Virus record (IMG/VR): IMGVR_UViG_3300050821_014614
Length of the DNA stretch: 64,000 bases
Source of the DNA: a virus
Strand: one strand, 5' to 3'
The position numbers and the translations under genes were made by a program. Shown here one piece after another: positions 25,510-34,115 of this stretch; the first letter of the stretch is position 1, and each line of letters opens with the position of its first letter. Under the pieces are notes generated by a model, which saw nothing but the letters and a program-made list of their open reading frames with translations, was not told where the DNA came from and made no database searches.

Positions 25510-25561
25510 GCACTCAACGCAACACGGCTTTGCGCGTCGAAAGATTTGCGAGCGATCCGGA

Positions 25562-26902
25562 CTACTGAGGGTCGGCGGCCGGCAGAGGGGCCTCCACGAA
25601 ACGGACGTGCTCGATCCCGCGCTGGAGCGCGCGTGCGGTGTTATCGATCAGAGGCTGGAATTCATCTTCGAGGAAGATGATTGTTCCCTGGTCGGGGACC
25701 GCCACGATCAGTTGCGTGCCCTCCATGCCGATCTGTCGCGAACGGAGGATCCAGTTGTGATATCGCTCGTCGCTGAGCTGCGACTTTATCGCCCGCCGGA
25801 CGGCGCCCCAGTGCCCCTGATCGCAGTCCGACTCCGCGAAGAATAAGGCCATCGCCTTTTCGGTCGCTCGCCGGGCTTCCTGGAACTGGGTTTCTCTGGC
25901 TTCCTGCTCCTCTGCCGCGGCAAGGGCGGCCGCCTTGGCGGCCCATGCGGTTCGGACCGCTTCCTCGCGCCAGTCGCGGCCGCAATCGCGTGCCAGATCC
26001 TTTACCAGACCTGACTCCTTATAGACGCCCTTCCGGATCTTTTCCCGCACCCGCTCGGCGAGCATTTCCGCCGGCGCGCCATCAGAAAGCGCGACAACTT
26101 CGCCCAAAAGGCCGTCATCTGGCAGTTTACCGAATAGTTTCAGGAAGATAGGGTCTAGAACCGCGTGGAATGAGGCGAATAAAGGGCGAACCGTAGCGAA
26201 GTGAGTTCCGGTTTTTATGCTTTCTTTAGCTAAAACGCTGCCCTCTGGAATGGCTGGACCACGGTCGCGAGCGACCACGGAAACGACGTTGTTTTTGTCG
26301 ACCTCCCACGTGAACGCGACGGGCGCCGATGCCTCGCTGACTGCTCTGACAGACACCGCTGCCGGATCGATGCCCTTCAGCAGTCCGTCGATTAATGGGA
26401 TCGGCGTATCGCTCAGCGTGAAGCGGCCGGACTCATCGCGAGGGACGTGGTTCGGCACCGGCGACGGGTTGCCGCCGCGGTCATAGCGCGCTACGGATTT
26501 CAGATCTTCCGGAACGATCTTGCAGAGCCAGTGACGGCCCTCTTTTTTTCGGCGGAATAGTTGCCGGCCTTCCTTCTCGTTCGTCCCCTCGTTCAGTGCC
26601 AGTTCAAACGCCTTCGCCGTATAGTTGGCCCGCTTCGCCAATGGGCCGAATTTGATGAGCGCCCACTCGTGCACGCCGCGCTCGCGGCCGAACGTCCAGC
26701 GGACAATTTCCTGAGCCAGAATGGATTGCACGTGGCCCGAAAATTTATCGTGGTGCTCGAGCAAAAGATTGGGCGACGGCGACCAGCCTCCGACCTCGGC
26801 GAAGCGGTCGGTCGGCTTCATGGCCTCCAGTTCCGCTATGCGCTCGGGCGTCAGCGGCGGCGGTAACTTCTTTTCCTTTGTGGCACCGGTCCCCGCGCTC
26901 AC
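25562..26902 (-). CDS. candidate replication initiator/organiser with a DnaA-N-terminal-like C-terminal segment
   Basis: Start set to GTG 26902 (GTGA overlap); C-terminal ...YHNWILRSRQIGMEGTQLIVAVPDQGTIIFLEDEFQPLI... resembles DnaA domain I (from memory). Confidence 0.45.
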   Translation of the reverse strand: MSAGTGATKEKKLPPPLTPERIAELEAMKPTDRFAEVGGWSPSPNLLLEHHDKFSGHVQSILAQEIVRWTFGRERGVHEWALIKFGPLAKRANYTAKAFELALNEGTNEKEGRQLFRRKKEGRHWLCKIVPEDLKSVARYDRGGNPSPVPNHVPRDESGRFTLSDTPIPLIDGLLKGIDPAAVSVRAVSEASAPVAFTWEVDKNNVVSVVARDRGPAIPEGSVLAKESIKTGTHFATVRPLFASFHAVLDPIFLKLFGKLPDDGLLGEVVALSDGAPAEMLAERVREKIRKGVYKESGLVKDLARDCGRDWREEAVRTAWAAKAAALAAAEEQEARETQFQEARRATEKAMALFFAESDCDQGHWGAVRRAIKSQLSDERYHNWILRSRQIGMEGTQLIVAVPDQGTIIFLEDEFQPLIDNTARALQRGIEHVRFVEAPLPAADPQ

Positions 26903-27156
26903 GCCGTCGCCTTTCGCCTGCGCAGGTTCCGCAGCCGGAACCATTCGCGCTGGTGCGCCAAGCGGCATTTCTCGCAGCGCGTCCGCGGGTTGCCCGCCTG
27001 GGTATCGAAGATCTCACCGCACGCCACGGCTTTTCCTTTGGCGGTATAGCCCCCGCACTGCACGCGGTTTGCGGGCCACGCGAACCCGCCACGCCCCACG
27101 GGTGCATAGCGCGCCAGATAACCGGCTGGATGAGGATCGCGATACCGCAGCTTCAT
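26899..27156 (-). CDS. small basic Cys-containing protein
   Basis: 85 aa; coupled by 4-nt overlaps on both sides. Confidence 0.5.
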   Translation of the reverse strand: MKLRYRDPHPAGYLARYAPVGRGGFAWPANRVQCGGYTAKGKAVACGEIFDTQAGNPRTRCEKCRLAHQREWFRLRNLRRRKATA

Positions 27157-27362
27157 TCGCCGCCTTTCGCGTCGCCGGCGCCCGCATCATCGCGGTAGCT
27201 ATCAGCATCCGCGCCCGGCCGAGGTTGGGGAGCCGGCGCAGGCGCGGACGCGTCGCCGGGAAGAACCCCCGGCGCGCCGAACAACGCGACGGGGCCGGCG
27301 AGGGCGGGGAAGGTGACAGAGCCGGGGAAAGGAGCGGGGAAGCCTGACCAGCAGAAGCTCAT
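27153..27362 (-). CDS. Pro/Ala/Gly-rich small protein
   Basis: 69 aa; coupled by 4-nt overlaps; low-complexity sequence. Confidence 0.4.
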   Translation of the reverse strand: MSFCWSGFPAPFPGSVTFPALAGPVALFGAPGVLPGDASAPAPAPQPRPGADADSYRDDAGAGDAKGGE

Positions 27363-27616
27363 GGCGTCGGCCCTTTCGCATACTGCAGCACCAGCGCCTG
27401 CGCGCGGATGAGGTAGTCTTTCGCGTCGCGGAGGCGCTGCTCCTGTTCAAGCGAGGCTGCAACCTGCGCCGAACTGCCGCGCCACATATCGGGCCCCCGC
27501 CGCGATTCGATCTCGCGAATCTCGGCGAGCGCGCTCTCGATATCGATCTGCAGGCCGTCAATCGGGTGATAGCGGATTGCCGGCATAATCGCCAGAGCGC
27601 GCGCAGAGCTGCTCAA
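27359..27616 (-). CDS. hypothetical protein
   Basis: 85 aa; coupled by 4-nt overlaps. Confidence 0.5.
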   Translation of the reverse strand: MSSSARALAIMPAIRYHPIDGLQIDIESALAEIREIESRRGPDMWRGSSAQVAASLEQEQRLRDAKDYLIRAQALVLQYAKGPTP

Positions 27617-27879
27617 TTGCGTGCCCCCATGCCCAAAAACTCATCGACTATGGCCTGTGCGGCTTGCCTATGGGTTGCCGGCGTCACGATCGTGCCGACC
27701 ATCCTCGCGGAGCCTACCAGGGAATCCGATAGCGCTTGCGCCTCGGTAATGTCCCCATCGGACGGCTTCTCCGGTCTGGAAAACGAAAGCCTGACCGCGA
27801 TCGCTGGCCCGTTGCGTTCCAGCCTCCAGCGCACTATATTGCCGCTCGCGAGCATTTTCTCACCCGTCAATTGGCGCAC
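27613..27879 (-). CDS. hypothetical protein, tandem paralog of 27867-28124
   Basis: TGEKMLASGNIVRW vs SGEKTLTSGNVAHW N-termini and similar length. Confidence 0.5.
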   Translation of the reverse strand: MRQLTGEKMLASGNIVRWRLERNGPAIAVRLSFSRPEKPSDGDITEAQALSDSLVGSARMVGTIVTPATHRQAAQAIVDEFLGMGARN

Positions 27880-28124
27880 CCCCTTCCGATGAGCTCGCCG
27901 ATCCGGGCCTTCACGGACTGGACATCCTCCCGGCTGGCGTGTCCACGTTCAAGCAGCCTGGCTCCCGGTGGCCTCAACTCTAAAAGCAGGGCGAGAACCT
28001 CAACGTGATCGTCGGCGGAGCTGTCACGATCCAGCATGATCTCGACCGCGGCGAGGCCGCCGAGACCATCGGTGATCGACCAGTGCGCCACGTTGCCGCT
28101 TGTTAATGTCTTCTCGCCGCTCAT
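27867..28124 (-). CDS. hypothetical protein, tandem paralog of 27613-27879
   Basis: 85 aa; see paralog. Confidence 0.5.
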   Translation of the reverse strand: MSGEKTLTSGNVAHWSITDGLGGLAAVEIMLDRDSSADDHVEVLALLLELRPPGARLLERGHASREDVQSVKARIGELIGRGCAN

Positions 28125-28342
28125 AGGATCATCCTCAGCGGAAATGCGTTCGGCCCGAGCGATGGCGCGCGCTGTTCCGTCAGTTCCCGTTCGAATTGCG
28201 TCAGGTCCTGGCTCTCATGCGCCGCGATTCGCGTGATCAGACATTGCACCTGAACTCCGCTCTCAGTTCGGCCTTCCCAAAGGCGGCAGGGGACGTCATT
28301 GACGTAAGTTAGTGCCGTCGTGCTCTCGATGGTGATCCTCAT
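28121..28342 (-). CDS. hypothetical protein
   Basis: 73 aa; 4-nt overlaps. Confidence 0.5.
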   Translation of the reverse strand: MRITIESTTALTYVNDVPCRLWEGRTESGVQVQCLITRIAAHESQDLTQFERELTEQRAPSLGPNAFPLRMIL

Positions 28343-28842
28343 TGCTCGCTCCCGGTCCGCATCGCCCGGCGGACGTCGGCATCTGTAGCGAGCTGCGGAT
28401 CGTCGAGCAGCTCGGCGACTTCGCGACCGTGTTGGTTGGCGATACTATCGTTCCGGCCGGAGATGTTAGGTTCCGGGGCAGGTGGTCCAAAGATGCGCGC
28501 CCGATCATGGACGCCCTCAGCTCTGTCAGCTGCGGAATCCAAGGCCGACTGGTATCCGGTGCGAGGCGGGGCCGGGCCGTTCCGCGTCCATGCCCTGCGC
28601 AGGCCGGCGCGGGCCTGGGCGGCGCTGTAGCCCTCAGGGATGGGCGGTGAGTCGCCGAGCCGGCTGTGGCAAGCGCTGACCGCGCGCATGAAGCTTTCCC
28701 GTGTACGGTGACCGACGATCACAGAACCGGTGGCGCTGGCTCGCCTGTCCGGACGGATACTGCTGGAGTCGATGAATTCGCTATCGTCCGGATCATCCCG
28801 CAACCCGCGATGCTGTAAAGGCACGTGTCCGCGGGTTTTCAT
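28339..28842 (-). CDS. hypothetical protein
   Basis: 167 aa; 4-nt overlaps. Confidence 0.5.
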   Translation of the reverse strand: MKTRGHVPLQHRGLRDDPDDSEFIDSSSIRPDRRASATGSVIVGHRTRESFMRAVSACHSRLGDSPPIPEGYSAAQARAGLRRAWTRNGPAPPRTGYQSALDSAADRAEGVHDRARIFGPPAPEPNISGRNDSIANQHGREVAELLDDPQLATDADVRRAMRTGSEQ

Positions 28843-29018
28843 ATGCGCGCCCCCGGCCGCTGGCAGCAGTAGGCGTGATCGCCATCGCGCCCGTCGCAGA
28901 AGATACAGCGGGCATGCCGGCGGCGGTCGGCCCGGTAGCGTAACGCGACTTTGATCGCGAGGGCGGTGCCGAGCGCGGTGGCGGCGTAAATCAGACAGTC
29001 GAGAAAAAAGGTTGGCAA
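28839..29018 (-). CDS. 59-aa membrane/Cys-rich protein, first gene of the replication operon (below track threshold)
   Basis: TTG 29018 with AGGAGG 6 nt upstream; N-terminal helix, C-terminal C..C...H..CC; ATGA overlap downstream. Confidence 0.45.
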   Translation of the reverse strand: MPTFFLDCLIYAATALGTALAIKVALRYRADRRRHARCIFCDGRDGDHAYCCQRPGARI

Positions 29019-29340
29019 AATATCCCTCCTGATAACTGGGAAAATATCCAGGCCGAAAAAGTACTGTCGGGTCTTGCGGGAGGGAACGGCTGGCGGGTAA
29101 AATGTTTTTACGTTACGCTGGAAGAGCGTCGCGCAGATTACGCCTGCCTCCTCGCAAAACCTGCTAATTCACCCTGGAAAAGTTGTTAGCAGACAGCGCG
29201 CGGAAACGACGCTCTCACGGCGAATGGCTCTCGCCAGTCGCTTTCAATCCACGCGCATTCGCGCGACAACCACTTAGCTGAAAATTGGGGGAACTCGTGA
29301 CGGAGGAGAGGTGCGTCCGAACATGCCGCGTGGCGCGGCG

Positions 29341-29410
29341 TAATTTGACATAAGATGTGGCCTCGGAAGCTGCGCCACTAATTTGACATAATATGTGGCG
29401 TCGGAAGCTG
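29341..29410. repeat. two 32-bp direct repeats, each carrying TTGACA
   Basis: TAATTTGACATAAGATGTGGCCTCGGAAGCTG (29341-29372) and TAATTTGACATAATATGTGGCGTCGGAAGCTG (29379-29410), 30 of 32 identical. Confidence 0.6.
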
Positions 29411-29663
29411 TTTTGCGTTTTCGCCCATTGCGCGTTGGCGCAGCTGCGCACGGGGGTTATGCTGCGCTCTTGTCCAGGTCCTGCCTGCGGTTGGTTTGGT
29501 GTCATAGGCCCCCTACGATGGGGAAAGAGTGGGGCTGGTGATCGTAGCACCAGCCCGCGCCTCTCATCCGGACAACATCGCGACTGCACTTCGAAATGCC
29601 GCCGCGAAACAACAGTATGCGCCGCAGAGGCCCGGAGCGCAAGTACCATTTTCGGGGTAGTAC

Positions 29664-29900
29664 TCACGCGGCCTCCTTTACTTTTTCGAGCGCCTTCACT
29701 ACTGCCCATGCGGCCAGCATTCGGTCGCGCATGGCTTGCGCCGCTTTCTTGCGCTGGTCCGGATCCTTCCAGCGGGCGGCGGCAGCGACGCGGGCGCGCT
29801 TCTTACGGCTCATTCTGCGGGGAGGCTCCTTGTCCGGTTTGGAGCCGCGGATGGCGGTCTTTTTTTTGCGGCGCGGGGGCTCCCGGGGTGGGCCAGGCAT
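29664..29900 (-). CDS. small basic protein with ARW motif
   Basis: Trimmed to ATG 29900; RKKRARVAAAARWKDPDQRKKAAQAMR. Confidence 0.45.
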   Translation of the reverse strand: MPGPPREPPRRKKKTAIRGSKPDKEPPRRMSRKKRARVAAAARWKDPDQRKKAAQAMRDRMLAAWAVVKALEKVKEAA

Positions 29901-30025
29901 ATAGCGGCTATGATACTCCTGGCCCAAACACGAAATCAAGGGCCATTTGTAAGTTAACAAACGAGTTAGCATCTATATGCTAGCGATTATCCTTTATTTA
30001 ACAGGGGCTCTGTGCAATCCCGCCC

Positions 30026-30214
30026 TCATTTCTTCCACCGCGCCTCCGCCGCCTTTTTCGCCACCGCTTTCCGTTCTTCCGGGGTCATTTGAGCCGCCCT
30101 GGCCTTGCCGCCCATCTCCGCGATTTCGCGCCGTTCCGCTGCCGTCAGTACTGCTGCCCTCGCCTCGCCGCCCGCTGATTGCCGATCCGTACTAGAACCA
30201 TAAAGTAACCGCAT
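30026..30214 (-). CDS. small basic protein with GGKARA...AAEARWKK motif
   Basis: 62 aa; related to ORFs 42150-42386 and 43267-43467. Confidence 0.5.
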   Translation of the reverse strand: MRLLYGSSTDRQSAGGEARAAVLTAAERREIAEMGGKARAAQMTPEERKAVAKKAAEARWKK

Positions 30215-30298
30215 ATCTACTATCTACCATGCTTGCTTGCTACAGTCGAGAACGTGCCTGATGTCCAGATTCCGCGTACGACCGTCCATCGCCGGGAA

Positions 30299-30775
30299 AT
30301 GACGTTTGCGACGCTGCTTCTGCGCGTATATCCCCGGCGGGCCGTTGCGGCGTTCGAGGGACAGCGTCTCAAGCCTGGCGCGCTCATCGATGAGGCGGAG
30401 CTTTGGCCCACGCAGGAATACCCGTCCACACCGATCCTGCTCGAATACGCCGGCAGCGATCACTCCGGATGGGGTCACCGGCGTTCGAACGATATTTACC
30501 TGCTGTGGAAGTATGACAAGACGCGCGGCCGCTGGACTGAACTCGCGAGACACATAGGGCAGGGAGCGGAATGGCAGGAAGCTTTTAAGACCATCGCTTT
30601 TCGCGAGATCGCGCGCGATGCTCCGCCCATCGACGCCGCAACCGCGGCAGCCGTCAGCGGGCGAGTGCTCGGCGTTCTCGATTCCGAACTCGAACTGCTG
30701 GGCTCCGCGGACCGGCTCCTGGTGATGAACTATGTCTACCAGGAGTTTTCCGCGCGCGCCGTCCAATACGGCTGA
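30299..30775 (+). CDS. hypothetical protein
   Basis: Plus frame has normal composition compared with the mirror minus ORF; ATG 30299 preferred, TTG 30233 possible. Confidence 0.5.
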   Translation: MTFATLLLRVYPRRAVAAFEGQRLKPGALIDEAELWPTQEYPSTPILLEYAGSDHSGWGHRRSNDIYLLWKYDKTRGRWTELARHIGQGAEWQEAFKTIAFREIARDAPPIDAATAAAVSGRVLGVLDSELELLGSADRLLVMNYVYQEFSARAVQYG

Positions 30776-30781
30776 CATGAT

Positions 30782-31000
30782 TTACGCCGCTGCGCCCCCT
30801 CCCGTCTTCCTGCCGAGGCCCATGGCCTTGCCGTTGCCCTTCTTCGTCGACGCGTTTTTTGCTGCCGTGCCACCGCCGCCTTTGCCAGTGGTCCCCGAAC
30901 GCGAGGCGGGGGAGCTCGCCGCGGACCTTTTCGTTGCGCCGCGGGCGGGTGTGGATGCTGCTGCGCGGGCCTTCGCCGGCGCTTTTTTCGGAATTGCCAT
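30782..31000 (-). CDS. Lys/Ala/Gly-rich histone-H1-like small basic protein
   Basis: 72 aa low-complexity basic ORF; could be a GC-frame artefact. Confidence 0.35.
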   Translation of the reverse strand: MAIPKKAPAKARAAASTPARGATKRSAASSPASRSGTTGKGGGGTAAKNASTKKGNGKAMGLGRKTGGGAAA

Positions 31001-31087
31001 ACCACCAAAGTACTGCTTTTCCTGGGGTTGCGTTCAAAAATATTTATGGTTTCGCCTTCCATTCACCGCGCACCGAAAAACACCACG

Positions 31088-32008
31088 ATGATGACGACGA
31101 TCGATTCCGGCCGGGATTCCGGCTTAAGTAAGGCGGTCGAGGACTACCTCGCTTCGCTCGAGCGCCGCGACGAATCACCGCACACGATAAGAAACTACGG
31201 CGCGGATCTTCGGGAGTTCGCGGTCTATTTTTCGGCAGACGGAATCGCGCCGGCCGACTTCGATCTGCACTCGCTTCGCGGCTGGCTCACCCATCTCGGC
31301 ACGCGCGGGCTGCAGGCAGCCACGATCCGCCGCAGGGTAGCGTCTCTGCGCGGCTTCTTCCGTTTTCTTTCGCGGGAACGGCGGATCCCGTCCGATCCCG
31401 CGCGGCTGCTGCGATCGCCCAAAATAGCCGCGCCGCTGCCCCACGTTCCATCCTGCGAAACGACGAATGCTCTGGTGGACACGGTCGGCGCAGACGGTCC
31501 TGACCGCCCGCATCCGAGGAGGGACCGCCTGCTGTTTGAGATTCTCTATGGTTGCGGCCTGCGCATCAGTGAAGCGGTGGGGCTGAATATGGATGATATC
31601 GACCAGACCGAACGCTGGCTGCATGTCAGAGGCAAAGGAAAAAAGGAACGGCCGGTGCCGTATGGCTCGAAGGCCGCAGGCGCGCTCATCGTATATCTGG
31701 CGGAGAGGGCACCGGCGGACGAGTCCCGCGCGTTGTTTCTGAATCACCGCGGCCGGCGGATAACGGACCGTGGCGCGCGCAACATCGTCAAGTTCTACGC
31801 GACCTTCGGAGCAGGTGACGCATCAATACATCCGCATACGTTGCGCCACGCGTTCGCCACAGATCTGCTGAATAGCGGCGCCGATCTCAGGGCGATACAG
31901 GAACTGCTGGGCCACCGAAGCCTGTCCACTACTAACAGATACACGCGCGTTTCGCTGTCGGATCTGATGCGGGTCTATGATCGGGCGCATCCGAAAGGGA
32001 ACGGTTAG
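31088..32008 (+). CDS. tyrosine recombinase, XerC/XerD-like
   Basis: N-terminal SAM-like core-binding domain; catalytic motifs GLRISEA, HPHTLRHAFAT, LLGHRSLSTTNRYT; trimmed to ATG 31088. Confidence 0.85.
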   Translation: MMTTIDSGRDSGLSKAVEDYLASLERRDESPHTIRNYGADLREFAVYFSADGIAPADFDLHSLRGWLTHLGTRGLQAATIRRRVASLRGFFRFLSRERRIPSDPARLLRSPKIAAPLPHVPSCETTNALVDTVGADGPDRPHPRRDRLLFEILYGCGLRISEAVGLNMDDIDQTERWLHVRGKGKKERPVPYGSKAAGALIVYLAERAPADESRALFLNHRGRRITDRGARNIVKFYATFGAGDASIHPHTLRHAFATDLLNSGADLRAIQELLGHRSLSTTNRYTRVSLSDLMRVYDRAHPKGNG

Positions 32009-32017
32009 GCGCGCGGA

Positions 32018-32167
32018 TCAGTGCTCATCCTCATGCGGATCGTCGGCATCGATGCCGTCCCGATCCAATAGCTCCCTCGCATGGCAGATACACGCGCAAT
32101 CTTCGTAGTCGCATTGCGCGCAAAACTTCCGATCGAAGCACTCCGCGCTAACGGTATTCGCGTTCAA
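32018..32167 (-). CDS. 49-aa Cys-rich acidic protein (below track threshold)
   Basis: TTG 32167 (TTGA overlap); ...ECFDRKFCAQCDYEDCACICH... Confidence 0.35.
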   Translation of the reverse strand: MNANTVSAECFDRKFCAQCDYEDCACICHARELLDRDGIDADDPHEDEH

Positions 32168-32322
32168 TGGTCGCGTCTCTGGATGCGCCGCGTAAGTTCA
32201 TCGAGCATCGCAAACGGGTCGCTCATGATCAACTCTCTCGCTCCCTCCTCGTTGGCATCGAACTCGAAAAGCAGCTCCTGTAAAGCCTTTGCGGAATTTG
32301 TACGGCCGGCATCGAGAAGCAC
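32164..32322 (-). CDS. small hypothetical protein, start unresolved
   Basis: Frame is open from 32409 with protein-like sequence but has no canonical start before GTG 32322; preferred over the Ser-rich plus ORF 32081-32413. Confidence 0.3.
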   Translation of the reverse strand: MLLDAGRTNSAKALQELLFEFDANEEGARELIMSDPFAMLDELTRRIQRRDH

Positions 32323-32418
32323 TGGAATGATGGCGCGGGAGGCCTCGGCGATTTTCAGGAGTATATTCGATTTCCGGATCAGAATGGCGTCAAGTTTTTT
32401 ACCCTGCTCCTAGTGGTG

Positions 32419-32766
32419 TCAAAGGCCCGCCTTTCCCTGTTGGCGAATTCTGATGCCGAGCGAAATTCCGTCGGCTCCTTCGAGCACGCGATCCCACAAC
32501 TCCAGCTCGTAATAAAACGGTGCGCGCGCCGTCCCGATCGATGACCCTTTGGGGCTGGCCGCTGCCACCGCATCGACAAATTCCTGCCGGGTCGCGCGGC
32601 GCTTGATCGCGATGCAGCGTTCGCCGTCTTTGCCGACGATGAGGCCTTGGGCTATTGCCTCGTTCGCGCCGATAACGACCCGGCCGCCGCTGGCCAGTAA
32701 ATCCGCAATTTTCCTGAAGCCCACTCCTATCGTGGCTTCGCCCATGTCGCCGTCATTGATCTGCAT
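32419..32766 (-). CDS. hypothetical protein
   Basis: 115 aa ORF in the same-strand small-gene array. Confidence 0.5.
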   Translation of the reverse strand: MQINDGDMGEATIGVGFRKIADLLASGGRVVIGANEAIAQGLIVGKDGERCIAIKRRATRQEFVDAVAAASPKGSSIGTARAPFYYELELWDRVLEGADGISLGIRIRQQGKAGL

Positions 32767-33099
32767 CTACGCCCCGGCCCTCCGCGCGCGAAGGAAGCGA
32801 TCCGCTTCCGCGTCGGAGACGAGCTCGACCAGCGGCGCGTCGCGTTCGTCATCGGAAGGCTTGTTGAAGCCGCGCTCTAGCGCCGCCCGCATCTGTGCGG
32901 GGAACTCTTCGTTGCCATCCGTGCTGCCGTCATAACCAGCCATTTCTTCCGCGCAGAACGAACATATGCCGCCGCCATTTATCTGCATCACCGCGATGCC
33001 CGGGCCAGTCGGGATCGGCACCCACGAGCAACTCTCGCCCGTCGTCCCGTCCACGCAGGCGTTGTCATCGGTGCAGCCGCAGACGATGCAAGTGATCAT
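32767..33099 (-). CDS. hypothetical Cys-rich protein
   Basis: 110 aa; MITCIVCGCTDDNAC...CSFC. Confidence 0.5.
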   Translation of the reverse strand: MITCIVCGCTDDNACVDGTTGESCSWVPIPTGPGIAVMQINGGGICSFCAEEMAGYDGSTDGNEEFPAQMRAALERGFNKPSDDERDAPLVELVSDAEADRFLRARRAGA

Positions 33100-33437
33100 T
33101 CGATCGAGCTCCCCAACTTGAGCGGCGTCTCGCCCCTCAACAGATTAAACGTCTCTTTGGCCAGGCGCGCAGCTTGCCGCCTCGTCGCCCCGGGTGGATC
33201 CCCACGCGTGCCGCCGCAACATAAGCACTCGCCCAGCTGGTGCGCGGCTGAGCCGAGCGTCATCCTGATGAGGCACTCGTCGTGGACGCGGTCACGTCCA
33301 CCGTTGACCGAGCCGAAATGTTCGCCCTGCAGAATCGGTTCGTCGCAATAAAGGCAGATCATTCGATCGACCTCGCACTTCTGCCTGGTTGCAATCGAGG
33401 TCACCGCGGCTCGTTTTTTCCGCGCGAGCGCTTTCAT
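33096..33437 (-). CDS. hypothetical Cys-rich protein
   Basis: Trimmed to ATG 33437 (TGATG overlap). Confidence 0.5.
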   Translation of the reverse strand: MKALARKKRAAVTSIATRQKCEVDRMICLYCDEPILQGEHFGSVNGGRDRVHDECLIRMTLGSAAHQLGECLCCGGTRGDPPGATRRQAARLAKETFNLLRGETPLKLGSSIE

Positions 33438-33787
33438 CAGAAGAGCCTCTCCTGCTGTAGCTTCGCATCGCGGGCACTCATCCGCGGCGCCGCCCACGCC
33501 GGCGCCTGCTCGATCTCCGGAAGCAGCCACAATTGCCCGTATCGCCTCGCGCGGATCCGCCGCCAGATCGCGAGCCGGTGTGCAGCGTCATGGCGATTGT
33601 GATCAGCCGCGCACATGAGAGCGACGGCGGATGTCAGAGGATCGTGCGTGAGGTGGACGAGGTTCAGATAGCGCAATACCTCGCGGCCGCAAACGGAGCA
33701 GATCGGGCCGCGCTGCAGGATCAGCTCGCGTCGATACGCGCGCCATTTCGGACCGTAGAAAAGCCGGAACTCAGGGCGCAGCGCCAT
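33437..33787 (-). CDS. HNH-endonuclease-like protein
   Basis: Trimmed to ATG 33787; CSVCG...HLTHD...CAADHNRHD. Confidence 0.5.
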   Translation of the reverse strand: MALRPEFRLFYGPKWRAYRRELILQRGPICSVCGREVLRYLNLVHLTHDPLTSAVALMCAADHNRHDAAHRLAIWRRIRARRYGQLWLLPEIEQAPAWAAPRMSARDAKLQQERLF

Positions 33788-33788
33788 A

Positions 33789-34115
33789 TCACCCTTGCCC
33801 CATCCGCACGCGCATCTCGATTGTGATGCGCCGGCCTTCTTCTTCGCGCAGTGCGCCGTCCGGCTCGATGCGGAAGGCTCCAACGAGATCCGTCGGCCCG
33901 GCTTGAAACAGGAATCGCGCGAAGGCGCCGCCGGCGAGAAACTCGGCCGACGCGCCGGGAAGAAGAATCCCGTCGCGCGAATCCCGCGACATCGCCTCCC
34001 CAATAGTCTGGAAGATTCCTTCGAACTGCGCCTCCCGCTTCGCCATCACTCTCGACGCGCCACAATTCAGCACCACACGATCACCGAGCTGCAGGTCGTT
34101 AATGTGCAGCGGCAT
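33789..34115 (-). CDS. hypothetical protein
   Basis: 108 aa ORF. Confidence 0.5.
   Translation of the reverse strand: MPLHINDLQLGDRVVLNCGASRVMAKREAQFEGIFQTIGEAMSRDSRDGILLPGASAEFLAGGAFARFLFQAGPTDLVGAFRIEPDGALREEEGRRITIEMRVRMGQG

Noticed and set aside
29184-29215. Possible fourth, degenerate copy of the 44-bp motif (GTTAGCAGACAGCGCGCGGAAACGACGC) upstream of the replication operon.
   Set aside because: It shares only the GCGCGC and GGAAACG pieces and lacks the TTGCAC element and the 17-nt geometry. That is too weak to call.
29341-29410. Possible minimal CRISPR array (two 32-bp direct repeats).
   Set aside because: There are only two copies separated by 6 nt, so no spacer-sized unit exists. 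No further repeats or cas genes occur anywhere in the window.
25025-29663. tRNA or tmRNA genes in the two large non-coding gaps (25025-25561 and 29019-29663).
   Set aside because: No GTTCGA/GTTCAA T-loop with a flanking 5-bp stem and no cloverleaf-compatible arms were found by eye. A covariance-model scan would be needed to exclude other structured RNAs.
30224-30778. Minus-strand 184-aa ORF mirroring the plus-strand ORF 30233-30775.
   Set aside because: The minus frame is Arg/Pro-rich and low in complexity. The plus frame has balanced composition and hydrophobic periodicity.
31088-32008. XerC/XerD-like gene as a host chromosomal dif recombinase marking a prophage boundary.
   Set aside because: Phage-type genes continue on both sides (replication operon to the left, small-ORF array and tail module to the right). 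No host-like gene is adjacent.
32081-32413. Plus-strand 110-aa ORF.
   Set aside because: It is Ser-rich and implausible. The minus strand here carries two protein-like frames that continue the surrounding minus-strand operon with a TTGA overlap.
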